Of a stretch of DNA of 64,000 nt, positions 20,507 through 29,598 are shown one piece after another. The notes under the pieces were generated by a model. That model ran no database searches, was not told the DNA's origin, and worked only from the letters and a program-made list of their open reading frames with translations. The stretch is from Verrucomicrobiota bacterium (GTDB taxonomy: Bacteria; Verrucomicrobiota; Verrucomicrobiia; Limisphaerales; Palsa-1400). The position numbers and the translations under genes were made by a program. How positions within the stretch are numbered: position 1 is the stretch's first letter; each line of letters opens with the position of its first letter. The DNA lies in assembly GCA_049510745.1 (NCBI GenBank), contig JBEKYR010000010.1:32001-96000 (forward strand). The letters run 5' to 3'.

Positions 20507-22354
20507 TCAGCACTTGCCTCCGAAGGCGAAGCCTTTTTTCCGCGCCGGTTTTTCCGCGGTCTTCTTCGCGGGCGCCGCGGTTTCAGCGCCGGCCAGTGCC
20601 TTTTCCTTGCTCAGGTCGATCGGCATCTTCGTTGACGGATAAGCCTTGACAGCCCCGAAGAGCAGGTCCGCGGCGACCCGGATCGAATCGGGGGAGCCTG
20701 AGAAATTGCAGACCACCGCATCGGCCTCTAGGGTCGTGCCTTTGAGATAAGGGAAGTTCGTCACCACAACCACGGTGTGTCCGGCGTCTTTCAACGCCTT
20801 CACCAAGCCTTGGTTGTTGCCTCTCTTTTCGATGCGGGCGTAGTAGTTGGTCATGACGACCATCTCCGCTTCCTTCGCCAGCTCGAGTGCTTGTGCCACG
20901 TCCTCGTCGCTGGCGTGGAACCCCGTGTCGGCCAGGATGAGGTTGATGGAGTGTTTGGCCATCTGTTCGCAGAACATGTGGGGATGACTGTAGAGGTCCT
21001 TTCCCAGGAAGGGATACGGAATGAGCTGCTCGATGACCAGGATCTTCTTGTCCTTGCTCAACGGCAGCAGTTTCTTGTCGTCGCGCACCACCAGAAGGGC
21101 TTTATGGGCCACTTCCCGGGAGAAATCCATCACTTCCTTGCTCCTGACGATGGCCTTGGTCTTCTCCGGATCCATTTTCCCGGCTTTTTTGAACAGACCC
21201 TGGTCGTACTTCATGCACAGAAGCCGCCGGACCGCGTCGTTGAGCCGCTCTTCGGAAAGCTCTCCGCGCTCGATGGCGCTCTTGATGCCGAAGAGGCACT
21301 GCGAGCGGGATTCGTCGTCCGCCTTGAGCAGGATGGTGTCCACGCCCGCCTTGATCGCCAGGGCGCACGCCTGGGGGAGCGGCCACTTTTTCAGGATGGC
21401 CGCCATGCCGATGGCGTCCGAGACGATAACGCCTTTGAACCCCATTTCTCCCCTGAGAAGATCAGTGAGGATTTTGGATGACAGGGTGGCGGGGAACTCT
21501 TTGTCGAAGGGCGGGAAGATCGTATGGGCCGTCATGAGGGCCTTCGCGCCCGCGTTGATGCCGGCCTGGAAGGTCACCAGCTCCACTTCGCGCATGCGCT
21601 TGAGATCCGCCCGGCAGACGTCCAGCACGTCGTGCGCGTCGGTCGCCGAATCGCCGCGGCCCGCGAAGTGTTTGACCGTGGCGACAATGCCGGCATCCTG
21701 ATACCCGCGCACCGTCGCCTCCACGTACTTCGCGCAGACCTTCGGATCATCGCCGAAGGAGCGCACGCCGATTTCGGGGTTCAACGGGTTGATATTGACG
21801 TCGCAGACCGGGTGATAGAACTGCGTTACTCCGATGGCGGCCATCTGCCGGCCCAGCGTATTGGCCACTTTATAGGCAAGATCGACGTCTCCAATGGCGG
21901 TCATTCCCATGGGCGGCGGGAACTGTATGACGTGACCGGAGGTGTAGTCGTTTTTGAAATCGCCTTCCATGTCGATGGTGATGTGCAGGGGGATGCCGGA
22001 GGGCCGGCTCATGGCGATTTCCTGCAGCTTGTTGAGGGCGGCCGTCAACTCTTCCGGAGACACGCTCACGCCGTAGTTATGATCGTCGAAATAGGTGTGC
22101 GCGATGTCGAAATAGTCCTTGGGCTTCTTGAAGTTGGGGTCCACCTGCGAACGCCCCCAATACAGGTTCTTGCATGTTTCCAGCGCGTACGGCTCCAGGC
22201 AAAGGCCGCCGGCGTGCAGTTTGGTGACCTGTTCGACCCCCGAGGGCGTCAGGTAAGCCCCGCGCCAGGTGAAGGTCAAAACCTGGCCGCATTTTTCCGC
22301 CAGGGTCATTTTCGCCACCTTCGCTGAAACAAAATCGTCTCTTTCCTTCGACAT
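20507..22354 (-). CDS. GH3 beta-N-acetylhexosaminidase-like hydrolase
   Basis: IDMEG, PVCDVNINPLNPEIGVRSFG, KHFAGRGDSATDAH (NagZ-type), GFKGVIVSD. Confidence 0.92.
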   Translation of the reverse strand: MSKERDDFVSAKVAKMTLAEKCGQVLTFTWRGAYLTPSGVEQVTKLHAGGLCLEPYALETCKNLYWGRSQVDPNFKKPKDYFDIAHTYFDDHNYGVSVSPEELTAALNKLQEIAMSRPSGIPLHITIDMEGDFKNDYTSGHVIQFPPPMGMTAIGDVDLAYKVANTLGRQMAAIGVTQFYHPVCDVNINPLNPEIGVRSFGDDPKVCAKYVEATVRGYQDAGIVATVKHFAGRGDSATDAHDVLDVCRADLKRMREVELVTFQAGINAGAKALMTAHTIFPPFDKEFPATLSSKILTDLLRGEMGFKGVIVSDAIGMAAILKKWPLPQACALAIKAGVDTILLKADDESRSQCLFGIKSAIERGELSEERLNDAVRRLLCMKYDQGLFKKAGKMDPEKTKAIVRSKEVMDFSREVAHKALLVVRDDKKLLPLSKDKKILVIEQLIPYPFLGKDLYSHPHMFCEQMAKHSINLILADTGFHASDEDVAQALELAKEAEMVVMTNYYARIEKRGNNQGLVKALKDAGHTVVVVTNFPYLKGTTLEADAVVCNFSGSPDSIRVAADLLFGAVKAYPSTKMPIDLSKEKALAGAETAAPAKKTAEKPARKKGFAFGGKC

Positions 22355-22581
22355 AATGTATCAATTCAATAATTGTTTTATGACTTTGCCCTGTTCGCAC
22401 CGATCGCGGTCGCCAGGTCCGACGCGGAGCTTGCGCAAAACGACATGGGCCTTGACGACTCCCGCGCCTCGAAAGTCTCCGATTCGGTTCTTATTCCCGC
22501 AACTTTGGGGTTTGGAATGTCGGCACGTCAAGCGATATTATTGAGCCAACAGCGACGCGCCGCCGGGCAGTTTTAGACCGC

Positions 22582-23631
22582 TCATTTTGCCGGCGAATTA
22601 AACGCCGCCAGCGCTTCCAACATGGCCAGGATGTTCTGCCGCGGCATGCCCGGACTGACGCCCCCGCCGAGCGACAGGATGAGGCCTTGGCCCCCGCTTT
22701 TTTCCAGGACATCGAGCGTGGCCCGGCGCACTTCCTGGGGCGTGCCACGGACGCCCACCTCCAGCGGGTTGACGTTGCCCATGAGGCACATTCGATGACC
22801 GACCCGCGCCTTGACTTCCGCGATGTCCGTTTGCTTGCCCCAGTTCAGCACGTTAAACCCGCAGTCCGGAAGATGCTCCAGGCACACGGCGATGGAAGCG
22901 TCGTTATGATAAATCTTGACCCAATCCTTCGGAAACGCGTCGCAGATTCTTTTCAGGAACGGGTGGGCGAATTCCTGGTAATGCTCCTCGCTGATAAAGC
23001 CGACAATATCGTCGAGGATGAAAATGCCCTCGACGGTGGGGCCGATGATTTTCGCCTGCGCCTTCAGCCAGTCAATAACAAGACGCGCGCAAAGGTCGAT
23101 CAATTTGCGCGCCCACTCCGGCTCCTCCACCAGGTCCATCATGAAATCGGTCGTGCCGCGGACGAACGCGGCCGTGCAAAGCGGCCCGCGGGAGGTGACC
23201 AGCGGCAGAATCTCCCCCTGGTCGAGGATGCGCTGTTTCTGCATCTTAATGCGGTGCAGCGTCAGCCCCATAAAGGCGTCGCTCTCCACCTCATATGGGG
23301 GGAACTTCTCCAGGTCTTCGATGCGGCAGAGGGTGTGGTCGGCGCCGGGGGTGTTGTTCGGCCAGAATTTGATCCTGGCCCCCAGCGCCGAAGGCTCGGC
23401 CGCCATGCCGTATTCCATCCACCACGAGGGAACGAAGATGATCCCGGGAAACTCCCGATGAATCTTCAGGTTCGACTGGAACCAAAGCTCCGGGTCCAGA
23501 TAATAATCCAGGTGGTTCAACCCGAGGTAACCGGGAATCCACGGGCTGTCAATAATCAGCGCCAGGGGGATTTTCTCCAGCTTTTCCAGGCGGGCCGCTT
23601 TCTTGAATATCTCCCACTGTTCAGGTCTCAT
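22582..23631 (-). CDS. Uroporphyrinogen decarboxylase / MtaA-CmuA superfamily protein
   Basis: GPLCTAAFVRG, FMMDLVEEPE, CLMGNVNP, GTPQEV, ILSLGGG, NILAM. Confidence 0.85.
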   Translation of the reverse strand: MRPEQWEIFKKAARLEKLEKIPLALIIDSPWIPGYLGLNHLDYYLDPELWFQSNLKIHREFPGIIFVPSWWMEYGMAAEPSALGARIKFWPNNTPGADHTLCRIEDLEKFPPYEVESDAFMGLTLHRIKMQKQRILDQGEILPLVTSRGPLCTAAFVRGTTDFMMDLVEEPEWARKLIDLCARLVIDWLKAQAKIIGPTVEGIFILDDIVGFISEEHYQEFAHPFLKRICDAFPKDWVKIYHNDASIAVCLEHLPDCGFNVLNWGKQTDIAEVKARVGHRMCLMGNVNPLEVGVRGTPQEVRRATLDVLEKSGGQGLILSLGGGVSPGMPRQNILAMLEALAAFNSPAK

Positions 23632-23732
23632 GTGTTGGGGCGGGGCGGCGGAAGTGGCGTTTGAGGTTCATGGTTCGGCTCTTTAGAGGGCTGATTTTCC
23701 CTTCCAGTTTGGAGATTGCAAGTGGAAAAAGC

Positions 23733-23914
23733 GCCGGCAGGTAATGCCTCAGTGACGGCGGGAAGAAGCGGAGCCTAAAAAAACTCTCATTTCGCCGTCT
23801 GCACATCTTCCTTGACAAATAGAGAGAATCGACCCTAGCATACCCGCATTGCGGCTTTCAATGCGGGTATGCTCAATTTCGCATTTCCCCCCATCACTGA
23901 GGCATTACGCTGGC
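23733..23914. promoter_or_regulatory. Promoter-containing segment bounded by inverted repeats
   Basis: gtaatgcctcagtga (23741-23755) / tcactgaggcattac (23894-23908). Inside: TTGACA 23812-23817, TAGCAT 23836-23841, and a 15-bp perfect stem at 23837-23873. Confidence 0.7.
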
Positions 23915-24081
23915 AGACGAGGCTCCGAGGCTCCGGGAAATCGAGAAAATCCATTGACACACGGCGGGGTCTGCGGCGATACAATTCGAGACATGAACAA
24001 TTCCCCTTCTGGCCCATCCGCCTGTCGCAACCGTTGGGCCGGTTGCCGGCGGGAGACTGCGGCGGGAGAGGCCGCCGGGAA

Positions 24082-26955
24082 ATGAAAAGTCTTTCTGCCG
24101 CCGTTTGGCTGACGCTTCCGCTCTGCCTGGGCCTGCGCCCGGCCCTGGCAATCGGAGAAGCCCCGTACGTCTCCACCCATTCCAGCGCCGGTTCCTTTGC
24201 CCTGGCCGCCGGCGGTTCTGTTCCCTCCATTTATGTTGACACAAATGAGTTCTGGGGCGTGGCCCGCGCCGCGGGGGATTTGCAGGCGGACCTTCAGCGT
24301 GTCACCGGCGTCACACCGGCCCTGACCCACGACGAAAAACTCGCGGGCGCCAACGTCATCCTCATCGGCGCCCTTGGCCAAAGCCGCCTGATCGATCAAT
24401 TGGCGCGCGAGGGCGCCATTGATTCAGCCCGGATTGCCGGCAAATGGGAATCGTTTCTCGTCCAAGTCGTGCCGCATCCGCTGCCGGGCGTGAAGAAGGC
24501 GCTGGTCATTGCCGGGAGCGACAAACGCGGAACCATTTACGGCATTTACGATCTGTCACAGCAGATGGGCGTCTCCCCGTGGTCGTGGTGGACGGATGTT
24601 CCGGTCCGGCATCACGACGCCCTGTTTGTCAAGGCCGGGGCGTTCGTTCAAGGCCCCCCGGCGGTCAAGTATCGCGGCATCTTCTTGAATGACGAAGCGC
24701 CCGACCTCACCGGGTGGGCGCATGAAAAATTCGGCGGTTACAACCATGCCTTCTACACCAACATCTTCCAACTGCTGCTGCGCCTGAAGGCCAATTACCT
24801 TTGGCCCGCCATGTGGGACAATTGCTTCAGCGAGGACGATCCGTTGAATCCCAAGCTGGCCAACGACTACGGCATCGTCATGGGCACTTCCCACGTCGAA
24901 CCGATGATGCGGGCGGACAAAGAATGGAACCGGAAAGGGTACACGGCGGCGCAATGGAATTACGACAAAAACCCCTCGGAACTGCGCGCCTTTTGGAGGG
25001 AGGGCATCCAACGGAACAAGCCTTACGAAAACATCATCACCATTGCCATGCGCGGCAAGATCGACACCCCGATGAGTCAGAGCGCCAACATCGCCTTGCT
25101 GGAAAAAATCGTCGGCGTCGAGCGGGACATCATCCGCGATGTCCTGGAAACCAACGCGGCGTCCGTGCCCCAGCTTTGGGCGCTCTACAAGGAGGTGCAG
25201 GAGTATTACGAGAAAGGGATGCGGGTGCCCGACGACGTGACGCTGCTGTGGTGCGATGACAATTGGGGCAATATCCGCCGGCTGCCCACCCCGGAGGAGC
25301 GCGGCCGCGCCGGCGGCGCCGGCATTTACTACCACTTGGACTACGTCGGCGGGCCGCGAAATTACAAATGGCTCAACTCGACACCGATTACAAAAGTGTG
25401 GGAGCAGATGAACCTGGCCCTCAATTACGGCGCGGACCGCATCTGGATCGTCAACGTCGGCCACCTTCACCATGTCACCTTTCCGGCGGAATTCTTTCTG
25501 ACCCTGGCCTGGGACCCGGCGCGATGGCCCAAGGAACGGATTTCCGAATTCACCCGGCTCTGGGCGGAACGAGAATTTGGCCCCGCCCACGCCCCGGAAA
25601 TTGCGCAAATCATGGCCCAATACACCAGATTTAACGGCCGCCGCAAACCGGAACTGCTGGACCAATCCACCTTCAGCCTCATCGATTACCAGGAGGCTGA
25701 CAGTGTGCTGGCGGACTGGAAATCCCTCGCCACGCAAGCCGAAGGCCTTGAGCGCGAACTGCCGCAAGAGGCCCGCGACGCCTTCTACGAGCTGGTGCTG
25801 CACCCCGTCAAGGCCTGCGCCGTGGTCAATGAACTTTACATCGCGGCGGCCAAAAGCCGTTTGTATGCCAGCCAGGGCCGCGCCAGCGCCAACGACTGCG
25901 CCGCGCAGGCCCGCGCGCTGTTCCAGGCCGACGCCGATTTGTCCTCCTATTTCAATCACACCCTCGCCCACGGCAAATGGGACCACATGATGGACCAGAC
26001 GCACATCGGTTACACCTATTGGCAGGAGCCGCCGTCGAATTCGATGCCGAAGGTTGCCGAGATCAAAATTCCGCGCGAGGCCGCGCTGGGGGTGGCGGTG
26101 GAAGGTTCCACCAATGCCTGGCCCGGCTCGCCGGAGCCGGCGGCGCTGCCGCCCTTCGATGCGTTCAGCCGGGGGCGGCATTACCTGGATGTTTTCAACC
26201 GCGGCCAGACGCCCTTTGCGTTCACGGCCAGCGCCGGCGCTCCGTGGATCCGCCTGAGCGCGACCCACGGCACGGTCGCGCGCGAGCAACGCATTTGGGT
26301 GGACATCGATTGGAGCCGCGCGCCCAAGGGCCGGGCTGAGGGCGGCGTTGAGATTCAGAGCGCGGGCGCGGGGCCTGTGACTGTCCACATCTATGCCTTC
26401 CAGCCCCGCGAGCCGTCGCGCGGCTCGCTGCGGGGGTTTGTCGAAGCCGGCGGTTGCGTGTCGATCGAAGCCGGGCACTACACCCGCAAGGTGGACACGG
26501 CGGGGGCGCGCTGGGAAGAAATTGACGAGTACGGCCGCACCCTTTCCGCGATGGCCATTTTCCCGCCCACGGCTGCGAGCCTTCTGCCGCCCGCCGGCGC
26601 GCCGTGCCTGGAATATCGCATGTACCTTTTTGACACCGGCAAGGTCAAGGTCGAGTCGATCCTTGCGCCGACGTTGAGTTTTGTTCCGGGCCGCGGCCTG
26701 CGTTATGCCATCTCGTTCGACGACCAGCCGCCCCAGGTGGTGGACGCCCTGGCGCACAACACGCTCAGAGACTGGGAAACGAGCGTCAAAGACAGCGTCC
26801 GGAAAGTGGCCTCCGATCACACCATCAGCCAGCCCGGCTACCATACCTTGAAGTTCCGGATGATCGATCCGGGAATTGTCCTGGAAAAGCTGGTGGTGGA
26901 TTTTGGGGGAGCCAGGCCGAGTTATCTGGGGCCGCCTGAAACTTACCATCGGTAA
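24082..26955 (+). CDS. GH115 alpha-(4-O-methyl)glucuronidase, secreted
   Basis: [77 protein letters not shown]. Confidence 0.95.
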   Translation: MKSLSAAVWLTLPLCLGLRPALAIGEAPYVSTHSSAGSFALAAGGSVPSIYVDTNEFWGVARAAGDLQADLQRVTGVTPALTHDEKLAGANVILIGALGQSRLIDQLAREGAIDSARIAGKWESFLVQVVPHPLPGVKKALVIAGSDKRGTIYGIYDLSQQMGVSPWSWWTDVPVRHHDALFVKAGAFVQGPPAVKYRGIFLNDEAPDLTGWAHEKFGGYNHAFYTNIFQLLLRLKANYLWPAMWDNCFSEDDPLNPKLANDYGIVMGTSHVEPMMRADKEWNRKGYTAAQWNYDKNPSELRAFWREGIQRNKPYENIITIAMRGKIDTPMSQSANIALLEKIVGVERDIIRDVLETNAASVPQLWALYKEVQEYYEKGMRVPDDVTLLWCDDNWGNIRRLPTPEERGRAGGAGIYYHLDYVGGPRNYKWLNSTPITKVWEQMNLALNYGADRIWIVNVGHLHHVTFPAEFFLTLAWDPARWPKERISEFTRLWAEREFGPAHAPEIAQIMAQYTRFNGRRKPELLDQSTFSLIDYQEADSVLADWKSLATQAEGLERELPQEARDAFYELVLHPVKACAVVNELYIAAAKSRLYASQGRASANDCAAQARALFQADADLSSYFNHTLAHGKWDHMMDQTHIGYTYWQEPPSNSMPKVAEIKIPREAALGVAVEGSTNAWPGSPEPAALPPFDAFSRGRHYLDVFNRGQTPFAFTASAGAPWIRLSATHGTVAREQRIWVDIDWSRAPKGRAEGGVEIQSAGAGPVTVHIYAFQPREPSRGSLRGFVEAGGCVSIEAGHYTRKVDTAGARWEEIDEYGRTLSAMAIFPPTAASLLPPAGAPCLEYRMYLFDTGKVKVESILAPTLSFVPGRGLRYAISFDDQPPQVVDALAHNTLRDWETSVKDSVRKVASDHTISQPGYHTLKFRMIDPGIVLEKLVVDFGGARPSYLGPPETYHR

Positions 26956-26972
26956 AATCGGCGCAAAAACGG

Positions 26973-27001
26973 TTGACATGCCGCTCTCGGGGGGATATTG
27001 T
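26973..27001 (+). promoter_or_regulatory. Sigma70 promoter, leaderless arrangement
   Basis: TTGACA-17 bp-TATTGT, then 7 nt to the ATG at 27009. Confidence 0.7.
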
Positions 27002-27008
27002 TCAAGGC

Positions 27009-27821
27009 ATGAACAAAGCCCGCTACAACCAATCGGCTTTTACCCTTATTGAGTTGCTCGTCGTCATTGCCATCATCGCGATTCTGGCGGCGATGCTGTT
27101 GCCGGCGCTGGCCGCCGCCAAGGAACGCTCCCAGCGCGCCAAGTGCATGAACAATTTGCGCCAACTTGGCGTCGGCATGACGATGTACGCGGGAGACAAC
27201 ATGGATACGCTGGCGCCCGCCAAGCCCACCAGCGACGACAATCCACCCACTGCGCCGTTCGTGCAATTCGCCATCTGGGCGCTGAACACCAACGCGATCA
27301 AAGGGGCTGGGATCCCGCTCACGACCAATCTGAACAGTGTTTGGTCCTGTCCCAACATTCTAGGGCTGCCGTGCCCTGACCCGGGCAACGTGCAATGGGT
27401 CATCGGCTATCAGTACTTCGGCGGCTTCTCAAGCTGGACGCCTCCCTCCGTCACAATCCCGGGGACACACAGTCCGGTCAAGCTCACCAAGTCCATGCCG
27501 TTTTGGTGCATGGCGGCGGATCTGATTATGAAAGTCGATGGTGCTTGGGGCAATCCCGACACGGATCTTCCTCTGCCCGCCCAGGCCGCCTGCAAGTTCA
27601 TACCGCAGCATCGCGAAGGGAGTCATCCGTATCCCGAGGGAGGCGAAGAAGTGTTCGTGGATTGTTCGACAAGGTTTTGCAAGGTCGAATCCATGTACCA
27701 GTTCACGACTTGGAGTCCAGGGACTCGCGAGCTTTGGTTTTATCAAAACCTGGCCGACATTACGGACCCGGCCGTGCTGCAGAGGATCAGTACTCTGAAA
27801 TGGAAAATTACTGATCGCTGA
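27009..27821 (+). CDS. Prepilin-type N-terminal cleavage/methylation domain protein (DUF1559-like)
   Basis: [28 protein letters not shown]...C.NNLRQLG; degenerate C-terminal H...D motif. Confidence 0.92.
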   Translation: MNKARYNQSAFTLIELLVVIAIIAILAAMLLPALAAAKERSQRAKCMNNLRQLGVGMTMYAGDNMDTLAPAKPTSDDNPPTAPFVQFAIWALNTNAIKGAGIPLTTNLNSVWSCPNILGLPCPDPGNVQWVIGYQYFGGFSSWTPPSVTIPGTHSPVKLTKSMPFWCMAADLIMKVDGAWGNPDTDLPLPAQAACKFIPQHREGSHPYPEGGEEVFVDCSTRFCKVESMYQFTTWSPGTRELWFYQNLADITDPAVLQRISTLKWKITDR

Positions 27822-27923
27822 GAGCCGCTGTCCTGAGGCTTTTGGTCTTGCCGGGCATCGGTTTCGTCCTGCCCGCGGGAAAGTTCCCGCTCCGCCCAAG
27901 AGATTCCGCCGAGCCGCGGCGGG

Positions 27924-28766
27924 TCAGTAGAAGGTTCCGGTGATCACCACCGTGCTTTGGGAACAGAGCCACGGATAGTCCGGGTAGTGCGCAGTCGGCG
28001 TAGGGCCTGTGCCGGTGCTTGGGTTTTCAGTATTATTGTTCAGGACCAAGGGGTCGGTCCACTTGTGAATGACGGCGTGGCCATCGCAATAGAGAATGCC
28101 ATTGGCCTTATTGTGGTAGGTGGCGGGCCAATCGATCCATTCGTTCACGGTCGGATTGCACTCAAAAAACCCGTCATTAATGCTATAAGGATTCTCATCC
28201 AGCAAGAGCCAGAGATTGGCGGCGCCGCCGTGGTTCAAATCCGTTTCTTTGAAATACATGCGGCAATGAGTGGCGTTCAGTATGTCCCCCTGGCTGGGCG
28301 GCGCGGGACTCATCCAGCAGTTCATGGACATGCTGCGGGTCTTGGGCGTATGCGACTGATAGACCATGGTATGATCGGCCGGACATACATAGACAGCGAC
28401 ATTCTTGACATACGGGTAAAGAAGTCCCGCCATGATAAAAACATTGCTGGAAAGCAACACTTCGTCTTCCCGGCCCGGACACCACTGCGGATTAACATTG
28501 GGGGCGGAAATACTCGACGGTTGAAAGGATTCATCGCCGTTGGGCATCATATAGCCCCTGTTGTCAGCAGTGTACATGCCAATGGCTCCGGTGCCCAATT
28601 GCCTGAGGTTGCTGCGGCACTGGGTTCCCGTGGCCTGTTCCTTGGACTTGGCCAGCGCGGGCAGCAACATCGCCGCCAGGATCGCAATAATGGCGATGAC
28701 CACCAGCAGTTCAATTAGGGTAAATGCGTTTCGGACGGCGCGTTTGGGATGACAAACCGTGTTCAT
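27924..28766 (-). CDS. Prepilin-type protein with H-X9-DG motif
   Basis: [50 protein letters not shown]. Confidence 0.93.
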   Translation of the reverse strand: MNTVCHPKRAVRNAFTLIELLVVIAIIAILAAMLLPALAKSKEQATGTQCRSNLRQLGTGAIGMYTADNRGYMMPNGDESFQPSSISAPNVNPQWCPGREDEVLLSSNVFIMAGLLYPYVKNVAVYVCPADHTMVYQSHTPKTRSMSMNCWMSPAPPSQGDILNATHCRMYFKETDLNHGGAANLWLLLDENPYSINDGFFECNPTVNEWIDWPATYHNKANGILYCDGHAVIHKWTDPLVLNNNTENPSTGTGPTPTAHYPDYPWLCSQSTVVITGTFY

Positions 28767-28771
28767 GGATG

Positions 28772-28838
28772 TTTTGTTTTCGACTTGAACTATATCACAC
28801 CGGAACCATATGTCCAGAGGTTTTTTTAAAAAAATTTA
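28772..28838 (-). promoter_or_regulatory. Promoter with overlapping candidate ROK operator
   Basis: Minus strand TGGACA-16 bp-TATAGT with a TGn extension and A/T tracts; near-identical layout at 32308-32372. Confidence 0.7.
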
Positions 28839-28895
28839 CCCCCCCCCAAACTGGCCGACGAGAACTTCGCGCTCTGGTTTAATGGACCCGGCCCC

Positions 28896-28927
28896 AAAAA
28901 AGAAGGCGCCGGCTTCCCGGCGCCTTC
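28896..28927 (-). terminator. Intrinsic terminator
   Basis: gaaggcgccgg-gaag-ccggcgccttc followed by T6 on the minus strand. Confidence 0.8.
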
Positions 28928-28944
28928 CTGAAACCCTTCAGCCC

Positions 28945-29151
28945 GAAGATCGCGTTGAGCAGTTCCCGGTAGCTGTGCTCTCGAGGTCGCCGGGTCTTGC
29001 AAGGCTCGGGAAAACAGTAGTCGATGAGTTGCCATTCGGCGTCCGTCAGATCAGAAGTGTATCGCATCCGCAGGGTACTGCGGGAATATGTTCACATTGT
29101 ACATACAAAAATGCGGTTTCATTGAGGTTTCCGCAGTTTTCAAACACGCTC
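28945..29151 (-). mobile_element. IS5-family (IS427/IS1031-like) left end and truncated transposase
   Basis: End GAGCGTGTTTGAAAA, then MRYTSDLTDAEWQLIDYCFP...RPREHSYRELLNAIF (DUF4096-type N-terminus); homology lost after about 41 codons. Confidence 0.85.
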
Positions 29152-29349
29152 TAAGCGAGAATTGATGCCCCGCAAAAGTTGCGACCACTGCCCGCACGGC
29201 CTCGCGGACTCCGCGCAACTGAGGGGCCGCAACCGGCGCGGCGTCGCCAGCCAGGAAATTGTCCAGAGCCTCCATGCGGTTGGCCCTTTTGCCGCTCACT
29301 CATACAATCTGTAGGCGTGTCGGGACATCTGCAACTTTTTGTCCCGGTC

Positions 29350-29484
29350 GGCAGTTTTTTTGTCTTTAGCACAGTATTCGGGCAAGTACCACGGACCATT
29401 CAGGCGGCTCGCAGTCTCCAGCGCAAATCCGGAGTCCCCCAGGGTGTTCCACTTGACCCAGTAATGGGCATTGGTGGGCACCAA
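29350..29484 (-). pseudogene. Fragment resembling the C-terminus of the adjacent secreted protein
   Basis: VPTNAHYWVKWNTLGDSGFALETASRLNGPWYLPEY vs TNDTPGGWWIEWSQPAANFTLASSTNLMSANWINPGW. Confidence 0.45.
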
Positions 29485-29532
29485 GATGCTTCACGTGCAG
29501 GGTGGGATCAATTCCGTCTGTGATTTTTCCAT

Positions 29533-29562
29533 AAAAAACGGCGCCGGTTGCCCGGCGCCGTT
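29533..29562 (-). terminator. Intrinsic terminator of the secreted-protein gene
   Basis: aacggcgccgg-gcaa-ccggcgccgtt followed by a T-run. Confidence 0.85.
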
Positions 29563-29598
29563 GTGAGATTTCAAGCCGTTATCCCCGGCGCATGATGG

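Noticed and set aside
22582..23631. hemE assignment
   Set aside because: The RQAGR signature is absent and there is no haem-pathway context.
23954..23985. TTGACA...TACAAT promoter before GH115
   Set aside because: The 20-bp spacing is too long for a standard sigma70 promoter; not called.
23869..24081. ORF-track upstream extensions (GH115; also uvrD, batA, ribF, nusA, iscA-like, SDR)
   Set aside because: Downstream ATGs fit signal peptides, family N-termini or stop/start overlaps better.
24556..26979. 807-aa minus-strand ORF and similar long antisense ORFs over uvrD, batB, moxR, gdh and SPFH
   Set aside because: In codon register with well-supported genes on the other strand; no recognisable domains.
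26973..28766. Diversity-generating retroelement or shufflon acting on the prepilin genes
   Set aside because: Similarity is confined to the conserved N-terminal helix; no reverse transcriptase, TR/VR pair or recombinase.
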